The notes under the pieces were generated by a model that searched no databases, was not told the origin of the DNA, and saw only the letters and a program-made list of their open reading frames with translations. From positions 1-42,053 of the IMG/VR virus record IMGVR_UViG_3300016484_001275: DNA of 42,053 nt; one strand, given 5' to 3'. This DNA is from a virus. Taxonomy: Duplodnaviria; Caudoviricetes. Below are positions 1-7,950 of the stretch, piece after piece (position 1 is the first letter of the stretch; each line of letters opens with the position of its first letter). The translations under genes and the position numbers were made by a program.

Positions 1-29
1 CGCGTCGAAGCGGCGCGCGGAGGTGGACG

Positions 30-314
30 ATGACCACGCATCGAGACCTTGCGGAAAGCCTCTACGCGGAGCGCGACGCGCTACGAGCGGAGGTCGAGCG
101 GCTACGCGCCTTCGCGCTCGACGGCGAGAAGGACCGGAAGCTCGGGGAGGCGGTGCGGGAAGCATTCTCGTTCTCCGGTAGCGCTCCGTTCGAGTTCGGA
201 AAGGTCGTCGACGTGTGCCGAGGCGTGATCGCCGGACCGCTCTGGGAAGCGGTTTGCGACGTTCGCGATGCGATCGACGCGTCCACCCTCCACGCCGAGG
301 AGGCCGACCGATGA
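30..314 (+). CDS. Hypothetical phage protein with N-terminal coiled coil
   Basis: GGAGG upstream; ERDALRAEVERLR motif common in small phage accessory proteins; ATGA overlap with next gene. Confidence 0.7.
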   Translation: MTTHRDLAESLYAERDALRAEVERLRAFALDGEKDRKLGEAVREAFSFSGSAPFEFGKVVDVCRGVIAGPLWEAVCDVRDAIDASTLHAEEADR

Positions 315-556
315 CGACCCGCACAATCACCGAGATCCTCGACCGTGACGACGACGAGATGACGTCCATACAGGTCGCTCCCGATCGGGAGTACGTCGAG
401 ATCCAGATCGCCCGGTGGACGGTTGGCGACGACCGACCGATGCCGATCCGCGTGCTCCTCGAACGCGACGATGCCGTCGCGCTACTCGACGCGATCGGAC
501 GCTGCATTGGCGACATAGAGGCGTCTGCCAGCGCCGAGGAGGCCGACCATGAGTGA
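311..556 (+). CDS. Hypothetical protein (start reassigned to ATG 311)
   Basis: GAGGAGG RBS then ATG 311 overlapping upstream stop; protein-like sequence from MTTRTITEILD. Confidence 0.7.
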   Translation: MTTRTITEILDRDDDEMTSIQVAPDREYVEIQIARWTVGDDRPMPIRVLLERDDAVALLDAIGRCIGDIEASASAEEADHE

Positions 557-830
557 GACGTGCCCGAGGTGCGGGAGGCCGCGTGGAGCGACATACGAGC
601 GCGGAACGTGCGCTGATGCGCCCGGTATCGGAGACGAGATGGACGCAATGCTCTGCGAGATCGCCGCAGACGCATACCGTCGCGGACTGCTCGCGGGCGT
701 GGAGGTTGCGAAGCGCGAAGCGCGAGCCGAGGTGTACACGGCACCAGGCGACGACGGCTGTCGTTCCGCGTTCGTCGACTGGACCGACGTCGACGTCGAG
801 ATCGCGCGGCTGACCGGGGGTGACCGATGA
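549..830 (+). CDS. Hypothetical protein with N-terminal Cys motif (CPRC...C...C)
   Basis: GAGGAGG RBS; overlaps both neighbours; possible Zn-binding Cys. Confidence 0.7.
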   Translation: MSETCPRCGRPRGATYERGTCADAPGIGDEMDAMLCEIAADAYRRGLLAGVEVAKREARAEVYTAPGDDGCRSAFVDWTDVDVEIARLTGGDR

Positions 831-1054
831 CCAGAACGAGACTCACGATCGGAGCGCTCGACGCGATCGTCGCATCCTGTGGCGCTCACCTCGCTGGCGA
901 GGAGGGAGAGGGCGATCTCTCGGAGATCGGGTTCGACGATCTCGAACGCGCTCGAACCTGGGCGATCGAGGAGCGAGCGGAACGTCTCCGCGCGATGCAG
1001 AAGAGAGGCGCGGAGCGTCTCGGAGAGAGAGGAGGAAGCGGTGGCAAGTCCTGA
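827..1054 (+). CDS. Hypothetical protein
   Basis: ATGA-coupled to upstream gene; plausible helical protein. Confidence 0.6.
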   Translation: MTRTRLTIGALDAIVASCGAHLAGEEGEGDLSEIGFDDLERARTWAIEERAERLRAMQKRGAERLGERGGSGGKS

Positions 1055-1661
1055 ACCGAAGCCCGGGGACCAGGTGCGGATCGCGTCGATCGGAACGGCA
1101 CGCGAAGCGACGGTGATCGAACGAGTCGGAGACGACTTCGCGGTTCGCGTGACCGGCGGAAAGCGCATCATCGTCGGACGTGAGCGGATCTTGTCCGTTC
1201 GGATCTCGGACGAGAGACGCGAAGAGATGCGCGAGATGGGCCGCAAGAGCGCGGAGAAGCGACGGCTCGAGCGCCAGGCGGAGGTGGAAGAGGAACAGCG
1301 GAGGCATGCGGAGAGAGTCGGGAGAGAGGCGTCGACGATGGTCGATGCGGACGACCTTCCGCGACTCCGGAGCGTCCCGAAGTCGTCGATGGCTCGGTCG
1401 GAGAAGTACCTCGCGTTCGTTCGCGGAAAGAAGTGCTGCGCGTGCGGGAAGCCAGCTCCATCCCACGCTCATCACCAGGGCGGGCGCGGGATGGGTCAGA
1501 AGACCGACGACTATCGGACGGTCCCGCTCTGCGGGATCTGTCACCACGAATGGCACCTCCGAGCGACGTTGCCGGGGATGGACTCGAAGACGGCGAAGTT
1601 GATGATGCTCACGGAGCAGGTGGATCTGCTCGTCGAGTTCTTGAAAACAGGCGACGCGTGA
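1041..1661 (+). CDS. DUF968-like Zn-binding HNH-type nuclease with N-terminal KOW/SH3-like domain
   Basis: RSEKYLAFVRGKKCCACG...AHH...GMGQKTDDYRTVPLCGICHHEWH matches DUF968-type phage proteins; GGAGG RBS before GTG 1041. Confidence 0.75.
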   Translation: MASPEPKPGDQVRIASIGTAREATVIERVGDDFAVRVTGGKRIIVGRERILSVRISDERREEMREMGRKSAEKRRLERQAEVEEEQRRHAERVGREASTMVDADDLPRLRSVPKSSMARSEKYLAFVRGKKCCACGKPAPSHAHHQGGRGMGQKTDDYRTVPLCGICHHEWHLRATLPGMDSKTAKLMMLTEQVDLLVEFLKTGDA

Positions 1662-1664
1662 TCG

Positions 1665-1673
1665 TGCTACGGT
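1665..1673 (+). promoter_or_regulatory. Putative extended -10 element (TGcTACGGT)
   Basis: In short intergenic gap; same TGn-TANNNT pattern recurs upstream of other genes. Confidence 0.45.
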
Positions 1674-1695
1674 CGCGGAAGGAAGCGAGGAAGGG

Positions 1696-2070
1696 ATGAC
1701 CGAGCGAAGGAACCAGACGGAGGACATCGAGGGAGCGATCGACGTGGTCGAGAGGCGTGCGGCGCATCTCGCGACGCTCGTTCACCCGGCACCGGGGCAC
1801 CAGCCCTACAGGTCGGCGCATTGGCGCGACGAGGTCGAGCTCCGTGCGTTGCGTCTCGCGGCGCGAGCCCTGCGGGATCGTGCGGCGGAGAAGTCGGGCG
1901 ATCGGGAGCGGGAGGCGGCGGCGCTCGCCGGGTCGCTCGTGGAGGCGCTGAGCATCCTCGGACGCATCGTCGACGGCGGGCGGATCGGACCCGCGTTGAT
2001 GGCCGAGGTTGATGCGTTCATCGAGCGATCGGAGACGTTGCTCGATTCGATCGCGGATGGTGGGTCGTGA
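1696..2070 (+). CDS. Hypothetical protein
   Basis: Purine-rich RBS; helical protein-like ORF in operon orientation. Confidence 0.65.
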   Translation: MTERRNQTEDIEGAIDVVERRAAHLATLVHPAPGHQPYRSAHWRDEVELRALRLAARALRDRAAEKSGDREREAAALAGSLVEALSILGRIVDGGRIGPALMAEVDAFIERSETLLDSIADGGS

Positions 2071-2108
2071 GTCGGCGACGCGTGTCGCGGAAGGAAGCGG
2101 GCAAGAAA

Positions 2109-2606
2109 ATGGACAGCAAGAATAGTTCGATGGTCGCGATCGCTCTGGCGATCGTTCTCGGGGCGTGCGGTTCGGAGACGACGAAGATCGTCTACACGGA
2201 CCCTCCGCCGCCCCCACCGCTCGGGCGGACGTTCGAGATGGAGGGCGTGTACCGCTGCATCGTGAGCGGCCAGTGGACGACGTACGGGGCGACGATCAAC
2301 GACCGGACGACGGTCGAGATCGTTGACGAGCCGCTCGACGTCGTCGTGAGCGGCGCAACGTGGACCGTCTCCGTGACGTTCCAGGGCGAGACGCGACCGA
2401 CTCAGCGGATCCAGTCGTCGGGGTACTTCGACGGGCAGCTCCGGTCGACGTACTCGAGCCAGACTCCGTTCGGGTTCGACGTGATCGAGCTCCGGTCGAA
2501 TGAGAACCTGGACCCGGAGAATCCGGACGTATCGTTTTCAGTCCAGGAAGGATCGATCGCGCAGCCGAAGACGATGGCGAGTCTCTCCGGAGAATGCGCG
2601 AGATGA
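2109..2606 (+). CDS. Putative lipoprotein
   Basis: Hydrophobic stretch VAIALAIV then lipobox LGAC, poly-Pro linker, beta-rich domain; start 2109 supported by repeated leader motif. Confidence 0.7.
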   Translation: MDSKNSSMVAIALAIVLGACGSETTKIVYTDPPPPPPLGRTFEMEGVYRCIVSGQWTTYGATINDRTTVEIVDEPLDVVVSGATWTVSVTFQGETRPTQRIQSSGYFDGQLRSTYSSQTPFGFDVIELRSNENLDPENPDVSFSVQEGSIAQPKTMASLSGECAR

Positions 2607-2791
2607 ATCGAGCGGGAGACCGGACGCACGTCGTGACGTGGGAGGATGCCCGAACCGGCCGGAAGGGCACGACGGGGCTGACGACGTTGGAAGCGGCGAT
2701 CCGGCAGGCGATGGTGTTTCAGTCGATGGGCCACCGAAACGTCGAGGTCGTACTCGTCGACGACGGCAAGAGGAAGGGATCCGGGAGATGA
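2603..2791 (+). CDS. Small hypothetical protein
   Basis: ATGA overlaps at both ends. Confidence 0.6.
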   Translation: MNRAGDRTHVVTWEDARTGRKGTTGLTTLEAAIRQAMVFQSMGHRNVEVVLVDDGKRKGSGR

Positions 2792-3435
2792 CGGAGAAGA
2801 TCGCGAAGGACCTCGAGCATCTGGTCAGGCCGATCGAATCGGTGCGGTTCGATCCGAAAAACGCGCGCAAGCACTCGCGGCGGAACCTCGAGTCGATCCG
2901 GCTCAGCCTCGACGAGCACGGTCAGGTCAAGCCCATCGTCGTGAACCAGGACGGCGTCGTGATCGCCGGCAACGGCACCCTGGAGGCGGCCCGAGAGCTC
3001 GGATGGGCGTCGATTGCGGCGGTCACCTACACGGGCGACGCCAAGGCCGCAAGGCGTCTCGGAATCCAGGACAACCGCTCGGCGGAGCTCGCGGAGTGGA
3101 ACGAGGACGAGCTCCGACGGGCGGCGTCGGAGGTCGATCTCACCGGGACCGGGTTCTCGGAAAAGGAGATCGCGGAGCTTCTCGCGGACGTCGAATCCGG
3201 TTCGTGGGGAGACGGCGCGGAGATCCCGCAGGCGATCCAGCTCGCACCGGCGAGGGAGTACGCCGTCGTGATGTGCGAGACGGACGAGGACTGGGAGCGG
3301 CTCAAGGTCGCGCTCGATCTTCAGCCCGTGCGTCGAGGAGGGTACAAGAAGGGTTCGGCGTTCGATTCGGTGGGGACGCAGCGCGTCGTCACGGCGGCGA
3401 GCCTGCTCAAGCGCCTGGAAGGCAGCGCGCGATGA
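2788..3435 (+). CDS. ParB/Srx-like N-terminal domain protein
   Basis: PKNARKH...IRLSLDEHGQVKPIVV...VIAGNGTLEAARELG...DNRSAELAEW is the phage ParB-like domain typically found before terminase genes; ATG 2788 coupled to upstream stop. Confidence 0.85.
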   Translation: MTEKIAKDLEHLVRPIESVRFDPKNARKHSRRNLESIRLSLDEHGQVKPIVVNQDGVVIAGNGTLEAARELGWASIAAVTYTGDAKAARRLGIQDNRSAELAEWNEDELRRAASEVDLTGTGFSEKEIAELLADVESGSWGDGAEIPQAIQLAPAREYAVVMCETDEDWERLKVALDLQPVRRGGYKKGSAFDSVGTQRVVTAASLLKRLEGSAR

Positions 3436-4145
3436 TCGTCGCGGTGCCATCCAAGGGAAGGGCGGGGAAGGTCGCGACCCAGAAGATCCTGCCGTCGTGC
3501 CGGCTCTACGTCCCGGAGCTCGAGGCGGCGGCGTATCGCGCGGGAGGTGCGCGGAACGTCATCGAGGTGCCGAACAGCGTTCGAGGAATCACGGAGACCC
3601 GGAACTGGATCCTCGACAACGAGGACGACCAGCGGATCGTGATGATCGACGACGACGTGAAGGTCTGCGGGCGGTTCGTCCTGGGCGAGCGTTCGTCACG
3701 TCAGGAAAAGCTCACCGAGGACCAGTGGCTCGTCGAGTTCGCGAAGCTCTTCGATGTCACCGAAGACCTCGACTACCGGATCTGGGGGATCAGCACCGAC
3801 GGAGCTCTCCGTTCGGTCTACCCGTACCGGCCGTTCATCTTCCGCACCTACGTCACCGCGTCGTGCATGGGAATCGTGAACGACGGTCGAACGAGGTTCG
3901 ATCCCTCGTTCAAGGTGAAGGAGGACTACGAGCTCAACCTCCGGTGTCTCCGTGAGGACGGCGGAGTCCTCGGGGCGCGGTTCCTGTTCTGGTCGAACGA
4001 GCACTGGACCCAGGAAGGCGGGTGCAAGGACTACCGGACCCAGGACATGGAGCGGGACGCGATCCGGCGGCTACAATCCATGTACCCGGGCATGATCCGA
4101 GTCACGAAGAGGGCGAACAGCCCGTGGTGCATCGAGGTGGTGTGA
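3432..4145 (+). CDS. GT-A fold glycosyltransferase, TAGT/GREB1-like
   Basis: VPSKGRA N-terminus, TRNWILD, MIDDD (DxD), KEDYE and C-terminal GGC motifs characteristic of TET/JBP-associated glycosyltransferases. Confidence 0.75.
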   Translation: MIVAVPSKGRAGKVATQKILPSCRLYVPELEAAAYRAGGARNVIEVPNSVRGITETRNWILDNEDDQRIVMIDDDVKVCGRFVLGERSSRQEKLTEDQWLVEFAKLFDVTEDLDYRIWGISTDGALRSVYPYRPFIFRTYVTASCMGIVNDGRTRFDPSFKVKEDYELNLRCLREDGGVLGARFLFWSNEHWTQEGGCKDYRTQDMERDAIRRLQSMYPGMIRVTKRANSPWCIEVV

Positions 4146-4669
4146 TGAAGGAAGAAACCGATACCGTACCTCCCGCAAACGCACGGACCCCCCGGAACCC
4201 CAAGGGGGGCGGACGTCGAGCGGGTGTATCGGCGGAAGAGATCGAGAAGCGGCTGAGCACGGTGGAGACGATGCTGATTCGGAGGCATCCGGATCGGACG
4301 ATCGTCGGGTTCTGCTTCCAGCAGTGGGGGATCAAGGAGAGGCAGGCGCGGGAGTACATCGCGACGGTGCGCGGTCGGTGGCGTGAGGAGTCGGCGGGCG
4401 GCGCGGCGCGTGAAGCGCGGCGGGAGCACATGCGGCGGTCTCTCGACGACCTGTACACGAAAGCGGTCTCGACGTCGGCGACGAAGCCGGATCCGGACGT
4501 CTCGGGGGCGACGAGGGTCGCGAAGTTGCTCATGGACCTGGACGGGCTCCAGGCACCGCCGCAGCCGACGTCGATCAGCGTGACGGGAGCGGTCGCGACA
4601 ACGAACGTCCCGACGAAGGGGCGGGCGGAGCTCGAGGCGTTCCTCCGGGGCACCAAGGCGGCGCGGTGA
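4145..4669 (+). CDS. Probable terminase small subunit (HTH-containing)
   Basis: Immediately upstream of and overlapping terL; HTH-like WGIKERQAREYI segment followed by helices. Confidence 0.6.
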   Translation: MKEETDTVPPANARTPRNPKGGGRRAGVSAEEIEKRLSTVETMLIRRHPDRTIVGFCFQQWGIKERQAREYIATVRGRWREESAGGAAREARREHMRRSLDDLYTKAVSTSATKPDPDVSGATRVAKLLMDLDGLQAPPQPTSISVTGAVATTNVPTKGRAELEAFLRGTKAAR

Positions 4670-6273
4670 GCGCGTACGAGGCGCCGAGCGGGTTCGCGTC
4701 GTCGTTCATCGCGGCGGAGCATTGGCCGGCGTTCCTCGGGCTGCTGGAGCGGCGCACGTCCCTCCCTCGTCTCCGGGCGGAGGTGGACCTGCTCGAGCTC
4801 TCGGAGGACGCGCTCGAGCGGTTCGCGGCGGCGGTGGACGAGCTGCAGATCGCGGAGGCGAGGGAGAACCCCGCCGCGTTCGTGGAGTACGCGCTGACGA
4901 ACGAGACGACGGGCGACGATCTCCGAAACGCGGAGCATCACAACGAGTGGCATCGGTTCCTGGACGCGGAGCCGATGGCGGTCCTCTTCGCCCCGGTCGA
5001 GCACGCGAAGACGACGCACGTCGCGGTCGGGCGATCGATCTGGAACCTCGGGAAGAACCCGAATCGACGACTCGCGATCATCTCGAACACGGGATCGCAG
5101 GCGGAGAAGATCCTCGCCTCGGTGAAGTTGAACATCACGGAAAACCCGCGCGTTCGGAGGGTCTTCCCGGAGCTGCGGCCGTCGGAGCGCGAGGGCGATC
5201 CGTGGCACTCGAAAGCGATCACGGTCGCGAGGACGACGATCGCGAAGGATCCGTCGATCCAGGCGATCGGCGTCGGCGGTCCTCTCGTCGGATCGCGCCT
5301 CGACGGCGCGGTGCTCGACGACGTGCTCGACTTCGAGAACACGAGAACCGCCGAGCAGATGCAGAAGCTGCTCGAGTGGTGCGACACGACGTTGCTCACT
5401 CGAATGGTCGACGGCGCGTTCGTTCACGCGATCGGAACGCCGTGGAACAAGGCGGACCTGCTCCACCTGCTCGCCGAGCGTCCCGGATTCAAGTCGCGGA
5501 GGTTCTCGGCGGTTCGTAATCCGGATGACCATCCGGACGCATGGGTGCCTCTCTGGCCCGCGCAGTTCTCGATCCAGCGTCTCCGAGATGTGTACCAGAA
5601 CACGACGCCGTCGACGTTCGCGCGGAAGTACCTCTGCCGGGTGACGACGAACGAGACGAGCCGCTTCCGGTCGGAGTGGATCGACGAGGCGATTCGGCGC
5701 GGGATGCGGTTCGGTGCGTTCCCTCTCGGGCCTCTCCGAACGGAGGGCGGGATCGTTCTCCGGACGTTCACGGGCGTCGATCTCGCGATCGGGCAGAACG
5801 TCGACAACGACCTGACGGCGATCGTCACGATCGCGCTCTGGGGGGATCAGAAGATCGTGCTCGACATCCAGTCGGGTCGCTGGCAGGCCCCGGACATCCT
5901 CGGGAAGATCCGGGCGGTGCAGCAGCGGTACGATTCGCACGTCGTGGTCGAGGACAACGGGGCGCAGTCGTTCCTCGTGCAGTGGGCTGCGGACTGGCAG
6001 ATTCCGGTCACCCCGTTCCGGACGGGGAGGAACAAATACTCGGAGGCGCACGGCATCGAGTCGCTCGCGGTCGAGATGCGCGCGGGGGAGTGGGAGTTCC
6101 CGAACGCGGGCGGAGTGATCCACTCGGAGCTCGTCGCGTTGCGGTACGACCTCGAGACGTACAACCCGAGCTCGCACACGGGGGACCGCCTGATGGCCCT
6201 CTGGTTCGCCCGCGAGGCGGCGCGGAGCGCGTCGACGGGGATCGCTCGGGTCATGGAGACGATGGTCCGCTGA
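4666..6273 (+). CDS. terL: Terminase large subunit
   Basis: Walker A-like APVEHAKTT, Walker B GAVLDD, coupling motif IGTPW, RNase H-like nuclease TGVDLA...VVVEDNG...HTGDRLMALW. Confidence 0.92.
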   Translation: MSAYEAPSGFASSFIAAEHWPAFLGLLERRTSLPRLRAEVDLLELSEDALERFAAAVDELQIAEARENPAAFVEYALTNETTGDDLRNAEHHNEWHRFLDAEPMAVLFAPVEHAKTTHVAVGRSIWNLGKNPNRRLAIISNTGSQAEKILASVKLNITENPRVRRVFPELRPSEREGDPWHSKAITVARTTIAKDPSIQAIGVGGPLVGSRLDGAVLDDVLDFENTRTAEQMQKLLEWCDTTLLTRMVDGAFVHAIGTPWNKADLLHLLAERPGFKSRRFSAVRNPDDHPDAWVPLWPAQFSIQRLRDVYQNTTPSTFARKYLCRVTTNETSRFRSEWIDEAIRRGMRFGAFPLGPLRTEGGIVLRTFTGVDLAIGQNVDNDLTAIVTIALWGDQKIVLDIQSGRWQAPDILGKIRAVQQRYDSHVVVEDNGAQSFLVQWAADWQIPVTPFRTGRNKYSEAHGIESLAVEMRAGEWEFPNAGGVIHSELVALRYDLETYNPSSHTGDRLMALWFAREAARSASTGIARVMETMVR

Positions 6274-6315
6274 GGGCGCCTAGCGGGCGCGTCGGCGAAG
6301 GTGTACGATCTCCGC

Positions 6316-6612
6316 ATGGCTATCACCGGATCCGTCGTCGTCGTTCCGCTCGCTCGGACGGCGTACGCGACCAACCCGGACTTCGACGCGGGGTTCGCGG
6401 GCGAGGTCTCCCTGGCGATCTCGGTCCCGACGGCGTCGGCGGTCAAGGTCTGGTTCTCGTTCGACGGCAGGGCGGACGCGGGCTGCCTCGTCGCGGCGTC
6501 TCCGGCGGCGGCGATCGCGACGTCGCAGCCCTACAGGCGCGTCTGGCTCCGCCACGACGCCGTCGTGGGCGCGGACTCCGAGGTGTCGATCCTCGTCGAG
6601 ACCGAGGACTGA
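6316..6612 (+). CDS. Small beta-rich hypothetical virion protein
   Basis: Beta-strand-rich ORF; TACGAT 6 nt upstream of ATG 6316 suggests a leaderless start. Confidence 0.65.
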   Translation: MAITGSVVVVPLARTAYATNPDFDAGFAGEVSLAISVPTASAVKVWFSFDGRADAGCLVAASPAAAIATSQPYRRVWLRHDAVVGADSEVSILVETED

Positions 6613-6702
6613 GCGGCGTCGCGTCGGCGGTCGTCGGGGAGGACGGGCGCGGACGGTTCGGGACGTCAGGAAACGAGAGCCCCGGGCGGGCGAGGGGGAC
6701 GG

Positions 6703-7284
6703 ATGGCGCGGTTCAGCGGTTCGATCATCGTCACGGGGACGCCGATCCCATTCTCCGGACCGGCGGGCGGTGACCTCGCGTCGCTCTACCCGAATCCGGT
6801 CGTCGCGAAACTGCTCACGCGGCCTCTCGGGGCCACGGCACCCGCGATCGGCGACGCTCTGACGTGGGACGGTTCGGCGTGGTCTCCGCTTCCGCGCCCT
6901 GGCTCGATCATCACGTTCGGCGCGACGTCTCCGAGCACGGCGGCTCCGGGCGTCACCCGGTACCTGAATCCGTACACGATGTCGGCGTCGTCGAGCGCGA
7001 CGGCGCTTCAGTTCGTCGCTCCGCGCGCGGGAACGATCTCGTCGATGTTCGTCCTGCACGGCGGCGTCTCGGCGGCGACGGCTCCGATCCGGTATGAGAT
7101 CCGCGTCGGCGGCGTCCTGACCGGCGTATTCGTCCTGCTCCCGGCCAACGTCGCGGTCGGCTCGGACCCGGCGAACACGTTCCCGGTTGCGGCCGGGGGC
7201 CTGATCGACGTACAGACGACGAAGCCTGCCGGGAACCCGGCACCGCTCCCGACGAACGTGTGCGTGTCGTTCGTCTTCCGCTGA
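6703..7284 (+). CDS. Putative fibre/decoration protein
   Basis: GPAGGDLASLYPNPVV and GDALTWDGSAWSP motifs typical of phage fibre segments; C-terminal beta-sandwich-like region. Confidence 0.6.
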   Translation: MARFSGSIIVTGTPIPFSGPAGGDLASLYPNPVVAKLLTRPLGATAPAIGDALTWDGSAWSPLPRPGSIITFGATSPSTAAPGVTRYLNPYTMSASSSATALQFVAPRAGTISSMFVLHGGVSAATAPIRYEIRVGGVLTGVFVLLPANVAVGSDPANTFPVAAGGLIDVQTTKPAGNPAPLPTNVCVSFVFR

Positions 7285-7293
7285 GGTCCCGTC

Positions 7294-7920
7294 ATGGCAG
7301 TTCGTCGCTATCGTTTCCGGCTCGCAGGCCCGTCTCCCGACTTCCTCCGGACGCGCTGTCCGGGCTCTCCTCAGGTCGTCGGAAGCTCTTCCGCAGCCTG
7401 GGTGGACGTCGAGGTCGACGAGGCGTTCGCGGCGGACGTCGAGTCGATGGCCGGCGAGGCGGGCTGGGTCCTGGAGGCCGCGAGCGTCCTGAACGCGGCC
7501 GACTCGATGCGAGCCTGCGGCGTCCTCGTCGGGGCTGGTGCTCAGGCTGTGGGGAGCGGCGCGACGGCGGTGCTCGCGCTCGGGACCGCGTCGGTCAACC
7601 GGGGCGGCGTCTCGGACGCGGCGAACAGCCGGTTCGTCGTCCCGGCGGCGGGCGCGTACCAGGTCCGGGCGGCGGTCTCGTTCTCGTTCGGGCTCTCGAC
7701 CGGCAAGCTGGTCCTCGCGGCGCGGCGGAACGGGACGGAGATCGCTCGGACGACGGTCGGCGGAATCGTCTCCTCGGAGACGACGGCGACGCTCGCGACC
7801 GTCGAGACGTTCGCGGCGGGCGACGTCGTGGACTTCACGATCTCGCACGGCGTCGTCGGCTCGGTCTCGACGGCAACGGGCGCGGCGGCTCCGAGGGCGA
7901 GCATCGAGCGGCTCGCGTAG
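7294..7920 (+). CDS. C1q/TNF-like domain protein (putative fibre tip/decoration)
   Basis: NSRFVVPAAGAYQVRAAVSF...FAAGDVVDF matches the C1q-like FxxPxxGxY signature. Confidence 0.6.
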   Translation: MAVRRYRFRLAGPSPDFLRTRCPGSPQVVGSSSAAWVDVEVDEAFAADVESMAGEAGWVLEAASVLNAADSMRACGVLVGAGAQAVGSGATAVLALGTASVNRGGVSDAANSRFVVPAAGAYQVRAAVSFSFGLSTGKLVLAARRNGTEIARTTVGGIVSSETTATLATVETFAAGDVVDFTISHGVVGSVSTATGAAAPRASIERLA

Positions 7921-7929
7921 TGCTAGGCT
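7921..7929 (+). promoter_or_regulatory. Putative extended -10 element (TGcTAGGCT)
   Basis: Intergenic, followed by AGGAG RBS and ATG 7951. Confidence 0.5.
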
Positions 7930-7950
7930 CGCGGCAGGAGTCGAAACCAC

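Noticed and set aside
2500-2787. Upstream extensions given by the ORF track (2500, 3003, 4022, 20500, 31385, 36790, 41241)
   Set aside because: They overlap upstream genes; the real starts are the coupled ATGA/TGATG or RBS-supported codons further downstream
4102-6177. 691-aa minus-strand ORF, and similar long antisense ORFs (9181-11685, 26110-28704, 35432-37384)
   Set aside because: Arg-rich shadow frames opposite clear + strand genes; expected from stop-codon scarcity at high GC
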